Origin: Candidatus Eiseniibacteriota bacterium
GTDB taxonomy: Bacteria > Eisenbacteria > RBG-16-71-46 > SZUA-252
Assembly (NCBI GenBank): GCA_963703225.1
Contig: OY969801.1
Coordinates: forward strand, 2,016,001 to 2,080,000
Length of the DNA: 64,000 nucleotides
Direction: 5' to 3'
Shown in pieces: positions 32,404 to 42,300 of the stretch. Position 1 is the first letter of the stretch, and every line of letters begins with the position of its first letter. A model generated the notes under the pieces. It made no database searches and had not been told where the DNA came from. It worked only from the letters and a program-made list of their open reading frames with translations. The translations under genes were made by a program, and so were the position numbers.

Positions 32404-33361
32404 TGACCGCCCGGTCGAGCGCGTCGAGCACGGCTCCCCGCACCTTCTCCAGTTCGCCGCGCACGCGGGCACCCGCCGCGTTTCGATGTCCTCCGCCCCC
32501 AAACCGTCCCGCGATCTCGTTCACGTCGAGCGTGCCGTCCGAGCGGAAGCTCAGACGGACCTCGCCCGGAGCCACCTCTTGAATCAGGACTCCGACGCGA
32601 GCCCCGTCCAGGGACTTCGCGAACTGGACGATTCCGTCGGCGTCCTCAGGGGTCGCGTGGGCCTTCTCGAACATGTCGCGGCTGATCGTGAGCGCCCCCA
32701 CCTGACCGCCTCCCCGCTTCTCGAGCGATTCGAGGGCCAAGCCGAGGATCCGAAGGCTCGCTTCCGACTTTCGTCCGTAGAGCGCGTCGGCCGTGACCGA
32801 GGGACGAGCGCCGCGCTCCACCAGCCGCGCCGCGAGGCGGAGCGCCCTGGGGGTGGTGTTCTGGTAGCGGAACGCGCCGGTGTCGGACGCGATCCCGACA
32901 TAGAGGCACTCCGCCATTTCGGGGCCGATCGGCGCGCCGTACGATTCGAGGATCTCGTGGACCAGCTCGGCCGTCGCGCTCGCCTCCACGTTCACGAGCT
33001 TGGGGTTCCCGAATCCGTCGTTGGCCGCGTGGTGATCGACGTTCGCGACCTGGGCGTGCGGCGCTACGAGACCCGCCGCGTTGGGCCCGACCCGATCCAG
33101 GCTCGAGCAGTCGAGGACAAACGCCGCGTCGAAGGTCCGCGCCACCTGGGCGGGCTGCTTGACCCACTCGGAGCCGGGCAGAAAGCGGAGCCCGTCGGGG
33201 AGCGGCGACTCGTTCGCCGTGACGACCTTCTTCCCCAGGGCTCGGAGAGCCCAGGCGAGGCCCAGGCTGGAGCCGATCGCGTCGCCGTCCGGGTCGACAT
33301 GGGAGAGAATGAGAAATTCTTCTCGCCCATCGATGAAGTGGCGGAACTCGTCGTGCGGCAC
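32375..33361 (-). CDS. nrnA: DHH/DHHA1 phosphoesterase (oligoribonuclease/pAp phosphatase)
   Basis: H.DPDGDA.GS, DHH, DTG.F, GGGH..AAG motifs. Confidence 0.9.
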   Translation of the reverse strand: MPHDEFRHFIDGREEFLILSHVDPDGDAIGSSLGLAWALRALGKKVVTANESPLPDGLRFLPGSEWVKQPAQVARTFDAAFVLDCSSLDRVGPNAAGLVAPHAQVANVDHHAANDGFGNPKLVNVEASATAELVHEILESYGAPIGPEMAECLYVGIASDTGAFRYQNTTPRALRLAARLVERGARPSVTADALYGRKSEASLRILGLALESLEKRGGGQVGALTISRDMFEKAHATPEDADGIVQFAKSLDGARVGVLIQEVAPGEVRLSFRSDGTLDVNEIAGRFGGGGHRNAAGARVRGELEKVRGAVLDALDRAVNGGPPPPRG

Positions 33362-33365
33362 GGTC

Positions 33366-33731
33366 TCAGTCTCCCTGGGGTTCGCGGAGGTCGCGGAGGA
33401 GCTGCTCGATCCGCGCGCCTGCTTCGCTCGAGCGGTCGATGACGAACTGGAGGTTGGGCACGATCCGTAGGCCCAACCGCGGGGCCAGGAGGCTTCGAAA
33501 GTAGGGCGTCGCGTGCGCCAGCGCCTTGAGTATTGCGGGTTCGTCCGGGGCCGAAACGGGGCCGCTCACCCAAACCCTCGCCAACGCCAGATCCCGGGAA
33601 ACGCGCGCGCCGGTGACGTTGAGCGATCGAAGGCGAGGATCCTCGGCCTTGATGGCGAGAATCTCCGCCAGCTCGACCATGATGCGGTCGGCCACGCGGC
33701 GGGTGCGGGGGCTTTCGGAACGGGAAGCCAT
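33366..33731 (-). CDS. rbfA: Ribosome-binding factor A
   Basis: DPRL, S.DL..ARV, LR.VP.L.F..D.S motifs; position after infB. Confidence 0.93.
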   Translation of the reverse strand: MASRSESPRTRRVADRIMVELAEILAIKAEDPRLRSLNVTGARVSRDLALARVWVSGPVSAPDEPAILKALAHATPYFRSLLAPRLGLRIVPNLQFVIDRSSEAGARIEQLLRDLREPQGD

Positions 33732-33753
33732 ACGAGAAACCCTCGGGAACGGT

Positions 33754-34035
33754 TCAGTCGATCGAGATCTGGTAATCGAGCACGGAGAGCCGCGGCTCCC
33801 CTTCCACGCAGGACAGGATGTCGCGTAGAACCCGGTCCAGTACGCCCTGTTCTCCCCCGACGATCGCCACGCCCAAGGTGGCCCGCTGCCACAGGTCCTG
33901 GTGGTCCACCTCCGCGATCGACGCGTTGAAGCGCGAGCGGACGCGATCCTTCACGTGATTGACGACCGACCGCTTGGCCTTGAGGGAGTCGGAGGACGGA
34001 ATATGAAGCTCGAGGCGCAAAGTGCCGACCCACAT
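33754..34035 (-). CDS. DUF503 (YlxP-like) protein
   Basis: SLKAKRSVV, RFNASIAEV..QD.WQ motifs; conserved infB-rbfA context. Confidence 0.9.
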   Translation of the reverse strand: MWVGTLRLELHIPSSDSLKAKRSVVNHVKDRVRSRFNASIAEVDHQDLWQRATLGVAIVGGEQGVLDRVLRDILSCVEGEPRLSVLDYQISID

Positions 34036-34036
34036 G

Positions 34037-36225
34037 TCAGGAGAGTCGGCGCGCGACTTCCTCGAGAATGTAGGCCTCGATGATGTCCTTCTCCTTGATG
34101 TCGTCGCGATCCTCGAGCGAGATTCCGCACTCGTACCCGCTCGCCACCTCGCGGACGTCGTCCTTGAACCGGCGCAACGAGGAGATCTTCCCGTCCCAGA
34201 TCGGTTGACCCTCGCGGATCAGCCGGGCGCGCGCGCTCCGTTGAATGGCGCCGCTCTGGACCATGCAGCCGGCGATGACGCCCGACTTGGTGGTGCGGAA
34301 GATCTGGCGCACCTCGGCGGTGCCGGCCACCGTCTCCCGGATTTCGGGCTTCAGGAGCCCCGACATGGCGTCCTTCACGTCGGCGACGGCCTCGTAGATG
34401 ATCTCGTAGAGGCGGACGTCCACCTTTTCTTTCGATGCGAGCTCCACCGCCTTGGGATCGGGCTTGACGTGGAATCCGATGATCACGGCGTCCGAGGCGG
34501 CGGCCAGGAGCACGTCCGATTCGCTGATCTGGCCCACCCCCCGGTGAATCACGCGGAGTTGCACCTCTTCGGTCGAGAGCTTCGTCAGCGAATCCTCGAG
34601 CGCTTCCACGGATCCGTCGACGTCTCCCTTCAGGACGACGAGGAGGTCGCTCACCTTCCCGGCCTTGATCTGGCTGTAGAGGTCCGTGAGCGTCACGTGC
34701 TTGAAGAGGCGGAACTCCTGCTCGCGCTGGAGCTGGCCTCGCTTGGTCGCCAGCTCGCGCGCCTCGCGCTCGTCTTCCATGGCGGCGAAGGTGTCCCCTG
34801 CCTGCGGCGCCGCGCTCCATCCGAGCACCTCGACCGGGGTGGAGGGCCCGGCGTCCAGGACGCGGCCGCCGCGCTCGTTCAGCATGGCCCGGACTTTTCC
34901 ACTCGTCGATCCCGCGACAAACGGGTCTCCGACGCGAAGGGTGCCCTTCTGGACCAGGACCGTGGCGATGATGCCGCGCCCCTGCTCCACGCGGGACTCG
35001 ATGACGATGCCGCGGGCCGCCTTGCTCGGGTCAGCCTTCAGCTCCAGGAGTTCCGCCTGGAGCAGGATCATCTCGAGCAACTTCTCGACGTTCGTGCCGA
35101 GCTTGGCCGAGATCGCCACGGCGATCGTCTTTCCGCCCCACTCCTCGACGAGCAGGTTCTGCTTGGATAGCTCCTGGCGGACCATCTCCACGTTCGCGCC
35201 GGGCAGATCGATCTTGTTGATCGCGACGATGATCGGCACGTTGGCCGCCCGCGCGTGGTCGATCGCCTCGACCGTCTGGGGCATGACGCGGTCGTCCGCG
35301 GCCACCACGAGGACCACGATGTCGGTGACCTGGGCGCCGCGGGCCCGCATGGCGGTGAACGCCTCGTGGCCCGGGGTGTCGAGGAACGTGATCTTGTCGC
35401 CCCGCGGCAGCTCCACTTCGTAGGCGCCGATGTGCTGGGTGATGCCGCCCGCCTCACCGGCGATGACGTTGGTCTTCCGGATGTAGTCGAGGAGCGACGT
35501 CTTGCCGTGATCGACGTGCCCCATGATCGTGACGACGGGAGGCCGCGAAACGAGGTTTCCGGTCTCCTCCGCCTCCACCTCGACTTCCTCTTCCCCCAAC
35601 TCCGAGACGAACTCGACCGCGAAGCCGAACTCGTCCGCGACCGCCATGATCGAGTCCTTGTCGAGGCGGCGGTTGATGTTGGCCATGATGCCGAGCTGCA
35701 TGCACGCGGCGATCACCTCTTGGGGCTTCGCCTCGAGATGGGCGGCGAGCTCGGCCACCGAGATGAACTCGCTGACGCGGATGACCCGCGGCGCCTCCTC
35801 TACGCCGACCGCGGCGCCCTCCTCGCGCTCGCGATGGTGGCGCCGGCGCTTGGTGCCCTCCATTTCGGCCATCGTCCGGCGGACCGAGGCACGGATCAGC
35901 TTCTCGTCGACGGCGCGCTTCTTCTTCTTGAGGCCCTTCGCGGCCTTGGCGCTCGCCAGAGCGCCCGCCGGGGCCGGCGGCGCTGGGCGTCCGCGACCGC
36001 CTTAGCCGCCTGGATCGCCTTCTCCTTCTTGCGGGCTTCCTCCTCCTTGACGGCTTCCTTCTCCCGGACGAGCTTGAGCCTCACCTGCTCGACCACGTCC
36101 TCGCCGATCGAGCTCATGTGGCTCTTCACGTCCACCTGAAGGGACCGGAGGATGTTGACGAGCGCCTCGCTCGACATCCCCATGTCCTTCGCCGCCTCGT
36201 AGACCCGCCGCTTCGTTCCTGGCAT
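34037..36225 (-). CDS. infB: Translation initiation factor IF-2; indel near 35960
   Basis: N-terminal RVYEAAK domain (35896-36225) joins [34 protein letters not shown] (34037-35872). Confidence 0.97.
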
Positions 36226-36245
36226 CGCTCCTCGTTTCCGGCCCT

Positions 36246-37736
36246 TTACGCTTCGGGCTTGGTCTCCTCGGAATCATCCGGCTGAGCCGGCGCCTCGCTC
36301 ACTTCGGGGGAAGGCTCCACCGTCTCCGCGGCCTTGGCCGATTGCTCCGCCATGGCCGCCGCCTCCGCGCTCGCCCGCTCCGCCGCCTCCGCGCTCGCCT
36401 TCTCGGCGGCCTCCGCGGTCGCCTTCTCCGCGGTCGCCTTCTCCGCGGCAGCGACCTCCGCCCGCGCGGCCTCCGCCTCCAGCTCGCCGCTTCGCCTCAA
36501 GTCCAGCTCGCGCGCCTCTTCGAGCAGCTTCTCCGCGGTCTTCTCGCCGACACCCTGGATCGCGAGCAGCTCCGCGAGCGGTGTCTTCAAGAGATCCTGC
36601 ACCGTCTCGATCCCCTCGCGGATGAGCTTCTCGCGGAGCTTGGGCCCCGCGCCCGAAAGCTCTTCGATGTCGATCCGGACCTTCTTCTCGAAATCCCGCT
36701 GCCGCTCGCGCTCGCTCTTCGAGATGAGATCGATCTTCCAGCCGGTCAGCTTGGCCGCGAGGCGGGCGTTCTGGCCCCCCTTGCCGATCGCCAGCGAGAG
36801 CTGGTCGTCCGCGACCGTGACCAGAATCTTCTGCTCGGCCTCCACGACCTGCGCCTCGAGCACCTTGGCCGGGCTCAGGGCGCGGGTCACGAACACGACG
36901 GGGTCGTGGCTATAGGGCACGATGTCGATCTTCTCGCCCGCCCAGTTCGCGGACGATGGCCTGGACCCGGGAGCCCTTGATGCCGACGCACGCGCCCACG
37001 GCGTCGATCTTGTCGTCGTTCGAGAGCACCGAGACTTTGGCCCGGGAGCCGGGCTCCCGCGCGATGCCCTTCAACTCGATGATCTTCTCGGCCACCTCCG
37101 GCACCTCGGCCTCGAAGAGCCGGCGCAGGAATTCGGGATGGGTGCGCGAGAGGATGACCTGCGGGCCGCGCGCCAGCTTGTCGACCGCGATGATGTACGC
37201 CTTGATGTGGTCGCCCTGGTGGTAGCGATCGCGCGCGATCTGCTCGCGCGGCGGCAGGATCCCCTCCGAGCGGTCGAGCTTCACGTAGATGTTGCCGCGG
37301 TCCACCTGCTGGACCATGCCGCGGACCATCTCGCCGACGCGGTCGTGGTAATCCTCGTAGATCCGCTCGCGCTCGGCCTCGCGCACGCGCTGCACCAGCA
37401 CCTGCTTGGCCGCCGCGATCGCGTTTCGGCCGAGCTCCTCCAGCGACAGCTCCTGCACCAGCTCCTGGCCGATCGCGATCTCGGGCTCGATGCTGCGGGC
37501 CTCCGCCAGGTCGACCTCCAGACCGAGGTCGTCGGCGTCCTCGACCACGGCGCGCGGAGACGCATGACGATCCGGCCGCTCGCGTCGTCGAATCGAACCT
37601 CGATGTTCGCGTTGGCGCCGAAGCGCTTCCGCCCGGCGGAGAGGAGCCCGGCCTCGAGCGTCTCGACGAGGATGGTCTTGTCGACGCTCTTCTCGCGCGC
37701 GATCTGAGCCATCGCTTCCATCAGCTCGTAGTTCAT
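36246..37736 (-). CDS. nusA: Transcription factor NusA; indels near 37550 and 36930; Ala/Glu-rich repeat tail
   Basis: [51 protein letters not shown] motifs. Confidence 0.96.
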
Positions 37737-37768
37737 GTTCTTGGTTTGGGGTTCCCTTGCCAACGTTT

Positions 37769-38272
37769 TCATCCTTTGCGACGGCGTTCTTGGCCGCGCA
37801 TCCCTTCCCATGGATCGATGATCAAATGCGACTTCCGGATCGCCGCGTACGGCAGCGAGACGGTGCCTATTTCAGGGTCCGACAACACGATCGAGTCCGG
37901 CCCGGCCGCGCGGAGCTCCCCCCGGAACGTCCGGCGCCCGTCCTTCGGGTCGTGGAGCTTGACCTCCAGGCTCGTCCCGACGAAGCGCGCGTAATGCTCC
38001 GGGCGGATCAGCGCCCGCTCAATACCGGGCGTGCCCACTTCTAATACGTATCGCCCTTGGATGAGATTTTCCGCCTCGAGATACCGCCCGAGCTTCTTGT
38101 TCCAGTAGGCGCACTCTTGAAGCGACACGCCGGGCTGACGATCGACGAAGACCCGCACGACCGTCGCACCCGACTGGGAGGCAACCTCCAAGTCCCAAAG
38201 ATCGAACGACTCTTCGCGAAGGAGTGCCTCAATGCGTCCGGCGAGGTCCTCCCGAAGCTGGTTCCGTTCCAT
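37769..38272 (-). CDS. rimP: Ribosome maturation factor RimP
   Basis: VRVFVD, Y.LEV.TPGIER.L, G motifs; directly upstream of nusA. Confidence 0.93.
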   Translation of the reverse strand: MERNQLREDLAGRIEALLREESFDLWDLEVASQSGATVVRVFVDRQPGVSLQECAYWNKKLGRYLEAENLIQGRYVLEVGTPGIERALIRPEHYARFVGTSLEVKLHDPKDGRRTFRGELRAAGPDSIVLSDPEIGTVSLPYAAIRKSHLIIDPWEGMRGQERRRKG

Positions 38273-38317
38273 ACACTTGGTCGCCCCTGGGCTTCCCCTG
38301 ACCGCGCGCCAGGGCCC

Positions 38318-38349
38318 AAAAAGTTCGAGTGGACCCCTGGCCCACTCGG
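38318..38349 (-). terminator. Leader terminator/attenuator ahead of rimP-nusA
   Basis: Minus strand cgagtggg-ccagggg-tccactcg followed by aacttttt. Confidence 0.55.
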
Positions 38350-38393
38350 ACCCCTGAACTTACTGGGCCAACCTCAGAGGTTCAAGCAGAATT

Positions 38394-39353
38394 TCAGTTT
38401 GTGAGGAAATTGGGTCTGGTGACGAGACTTAGGAGGACCCGGCCGACCCCCTCCAAGCTTTCCGGGGAGCATCGGTCCGGGGTGTCGTGGGTGGTGTGCC
38501 ACTCCGGGTAGTCGAAATCGATGATGTCGATCGCCGGGATCCCGGCGTTCAGGAATGGGGTGTGGTCGTCGTAGACCGTGTGGCCCACGTCCGACCGGAA
38601 GCTCCGGATTCCCTGCGCGTTGGCCTCCCCCCAGACCAGATCCACGATGTTCGACGCCATGGTCCGCGAGTTCCCCTCCCAGTGAAGGGTGAGGTCCTTC
38701 TTTCCGACCATGTCGAGCACGATCACGAAGAGGGGCGGCTTCTTGTCGGAGGTCTGCTCCACGTACCGGGCGGACCCCCGGAACCATCCGTTGGGATCGG
38801 CCTCCGATCCGAGGTCCTCGCCGTCGAAGAGGACGATGTCGACTCCGACCCCCGGCGGGTTCTTCTTGAGCATCCGCGCGATTTCAAGAAGGACCGCCAC
38901 CCCGGAGGCGCCGTCGTTCGCGCCCAGAACCGGCAGATGGCGCTTGGCGGCAATCGGGTCGCGATCGGCCCAGGGTCGGGTGTCCCAATGCGCGCCCAAG
39001 AGGACCCGTTGCTTCCACTCGGGCCTGAAGCGGGCCACGACATTCATCAATCGGACGTCGGACCTGAGTATCGGTGAGTCATAGGAGAAGGTGTCCGCCT
39101 CCACCTCGGCGGCATAGCCGCGGAGCGTCTCGACGAGGAACGCGAAGCAGGAGTCGTGCGCCGCCGTTCCCGGAACCCGCGGGCCGAACGCGCACTGGCT
39201 GGTGAGCCACGTGAACGCGCGTTTGCCATCGAACGCGACGGCGGGGCGGTCGCACGAGGCGAAGCCGAGAAGAGCGACGGAGAGGGCAACCCGGAACGGC
39301 GCGTGAAACGCGCCGCGATCGCGATCAGAAGCGGAACTGGCCGTTGAACGCAA
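38394..39353 (-). CDS. M28-family lipoprotein, glutaminyl-cyclase-like
   Basis: Lipobox-like LGFASC; AHWDTRP, GANDGASG, FDGED, LDMVG, DDH.PF, WHT..D motifs. Confidence 0.85.
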   Translation of the reverse strand: MRSTASSASDRDRGAFHAPFRVALSVALLGFASCDRPAVAFDGKRAFTWLTSQCAFGPRVPGTAAHDSCFAFLVETLRGYAAEVEADTFSYDSPILRSDVRLMNVVARFRPEWKQRVLLGAHWDTRPWADRDPIAAKRHLPVLGANDGASGVAVLLEIARMLKKNPPGVGVDIVLFDGEDLGSEADPNGWFRGSARYVEQTSDKKPPLFVIVLDMVGKKDLTLHWEGNSRTMASNIVDLVWGEANAQGIRSFRSDVGHTVYDDHTPFLNAGIPAIDIIDFDYPEWHTTHDTPDRCSPESLEGVGRVLLSLVTRPNFLTN

Positions 39354-42300
39354 TCGTGATGCCGCGGGTTGTGATTTCAGTCTTGAGGTCCTTGTTCTGC
39401 CGAAACGCCAGGTTGAAGCCGCCCGAGATCGACTGGGTGAAATTGTAATTCGTCGCGCTGCCCACGCTCAACACCTGGTTGTCGAGCTCCACGATGTCCT
39501 CCAGGGATTCCCGCTTGGTGATCTTCCGATCCGACGCGAGGGTGACGTTCAGGTTCAGGTTGAGATCGTTCGGGAGGCGGACCGGCTTCTTGTTCCAGGG
39601 AAACTTGATGCCCTTGGAAGCGGGATAGACCTTGGTGAAGCGAATGTCGGTGTTGACCGACTGCCGTTCTCCGATCGCGCCGAAGATCCGCTCGTCGACG
39701 CTGGTCGACTGCACGATGGTGGTGTTGATGTTGGCGCGGAGGCCGTTTCGCCAGACCAGGTCCCAACCGATGAGCGGCTGCCAGTTGGTGGTGTTGACCC
39801 GCTGCTCCAGGGGCCCGCCCTCCGGCCCCACCTCTTCCCGCCTGACGGCGTACCCCGAGTTCATCGACATCGACGAGATCGAGTTGGAGAGCCCGAAGAG
39901 CCGGTGAAGCTCCAGCCACCGCGCCTTGAGATCCGGGAGCGAGAGCGAGAGCTGCCGCCGCGGCCCCAAATTGGCGTCGGTGAAGGTCAATCGGTGGTCG
40001 GCCCGCGCGTCGATGGTGAGATTGGGCGTGGGGCGGATCGTGGTGTTCGCGCCGGTCGTGTAGATGCTGCTGGCCAAGAAGGTGGAGTTGTTGAGCCGCA
40101 CCACCTGGTCGGATGTGTTTTCCGTGAACCCGGTCTCGAAGAGGAATCCCGCGTCTCCGGTCACCCGCGTGATCGTCGTCAGACGCTCGAAGCCAAACGT
40201 CCCCTGGACGTCCTGGAGCTTGGAGACGACCAGCCGGACGGGCAGGAGGATGGGACCGCCGCCCCCTCCCGACTTTCCCCCGGCTTCGGGGCCATTTTCT
40301 GGGCGAAGCGGCCCAGCGGGAGCGTCGCCGTCGCGCGAGCCGAGCCTCCATTGTCGATGTTCTTGAGCCCTTCGGGATCGCTGGCGAGGAGCCGCAGCGA
40401 CGGCTGGGTGGATTGGTGGTACCGGCCGTTCATCGTGAGATTGGGCGTGAGGATCGCCAGCCATCGGGGCGCGTAGTTGAGCTCGTAATTGCGGCGCTGG
40501 TCGACCTCCGTGCCTTTGTTGAAGCCGAAGAATCCTTCCTGCTGGATCAGCATGTTCCGGATGGAGTTGATCCCAAAGCGGAGTCGGACGGAGCTGAGCG
40601 GCGTCCAGGACGAATTCCCGCTCAGGTTCAGGACCCTCGTCTTGACGTCCGACCGAAGCGCCACCGAATCGCCCTGGTCCAGGAGAGCCCGGCCGTAGGA
40701 GACGTCGCGGGACGAAACCCATCCCGACGTGAACCCGATCGTCTCGGGGAGCAGATTCACCTTCATCTTGGAGCCGAGGCCGAACCCGCCGCCGCCGATC
40801 GGCAGGTCGTAGGCCGTCGAGGCCGTGAAGTTCCACGACGAGTCGATCGAATTCGTATTGACCGAGCCGAATCGCGTGTAGGTCGCGCCTCCGCTCACCG
40901 CGTCGATCGTGTACTTCGCGATCCCCCGCCGCGGCGCGTTCCGGCGATAGGAGGCATCGATCGCCTGGCGATTGGTTTCCCGGGTCTCCAGGGCCGAACG
41001 GGTCCCGCTCAGGATCACGTCGGAGCCCGTCCGGAACTTGGGGACGTCGCTCGAGTGCTGCATCGAGAACCGCACCGGCACCTGGATCTGCGTGGCGGGG
41101 ACCAGTCGGTCGACGTTGAAGGTCGTGGAGAAACTGGTGGCGGCGTGGTTGATGCCGGACCCCTGGTTTGTGCCGGTGCCCACCCGGAAGAAGTTCTCGT
41201 CCTGGTTCTCGTAGCTCACGTTGAGCGCGACGACGTCCGCGAACAGGGCCTGAACCGAGACGTCGCCGCGCATCCCCCGATCCCGGTTGACGTCGGCCAG
41301 GCGGAGATCGTCGATCCAGATTTCACCCGCTTCGGGCGTGCCGCCGCCGGGGTTGTTTCGACTCGTGAGCCCGAAGCTAATCCTAAAGATCCGCGTGAAG
41401 CTCGGGTTCCCCACCACCGTGTAGATCTCGTTGGTCGAGGCGGCCGTGAGGGAGTCGACCTTGACCCGCACCGATCCTCCGGTTTCCTTGATCCTCGAGA
41501 GGTAATCCATCGGGATCACGAGGTTCTGCCATCCGGTCTTAACCGGCACGCTGTACTCGTAGTAGTTCACCGTGTCGGCGCCGAACCGGGCCACCGCCCG
41601 GAGATTCTGCGCCTCGACGCCGGCCTCGCCGTGCAGCCAGAATCGGACCTGCCCATACTGGGTCCAACCCACGCCGCTCTGATCCTGCCCCGAGGTCTTG
41701 TAGGCGAGGACGGAGTCGCCATACTCGACCCCCGCGAATCGGAGCGCCAACGACTGCTCCTTCTTGGTCGACGTTCCTCCCACCGTGTTCCCGACGTCGT
41801 AGGGGGAGGTGTAGATGTCGGCGTCGTCCTTGTTGTTCCGCACGCCAACCCCCAGCGCGGCACCCGGGTTGGTGATTCCCTGGGCCAGCCACCGGTTCCC
41901 CACCATCTCGATGCCGCCGATCTGGAGCTTCATGGGGCCGGTCATGCCGTTCACCCAGAGCCGAAGGTGCTGGATGCTCTCCCAGCTCGCCGAGTTCACG
42001 CTCTTGAACGCCGCCGAGGTGAGCGGAATGCGGAACAGCCGCCACCCGTTGTCCGCGCGGATCGGCTTGGAGACGTCGGGGTCGTTGGCGTAGTCCTTGG
42101 GCACGTCGATCGCGACGTAGGTGGTGTCCGACAGGTCGACCGTCGCCTCGAAGTAATCGTTGGTCTGGGTGTCGAAGATGCCGTCTCGGTTCAAATCCTC
42201 GGTGTCGGGCCGGCCGTTGGGATCGTTCTTGCTGCTCCCCTCGGTCTGGTTGATCTTGCTGTAGTCGCTGGGGTTGTTGTTCCGGTCGTAGTGGTAGTCG

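Noticed and set aside
36355..36455. 15- and 24-nt tandem repeats at the nusA 3' end
   Set aside because: Ordinary low-complexity Ala/Glu/Lys coding tail.
34037..37736. Pseudogenisation or programmed frameshifting of infB and nusA
   Set aside because: These are essential genes with intact motifs, no slippery sites are evident, and the same indel pattern runs through the window.
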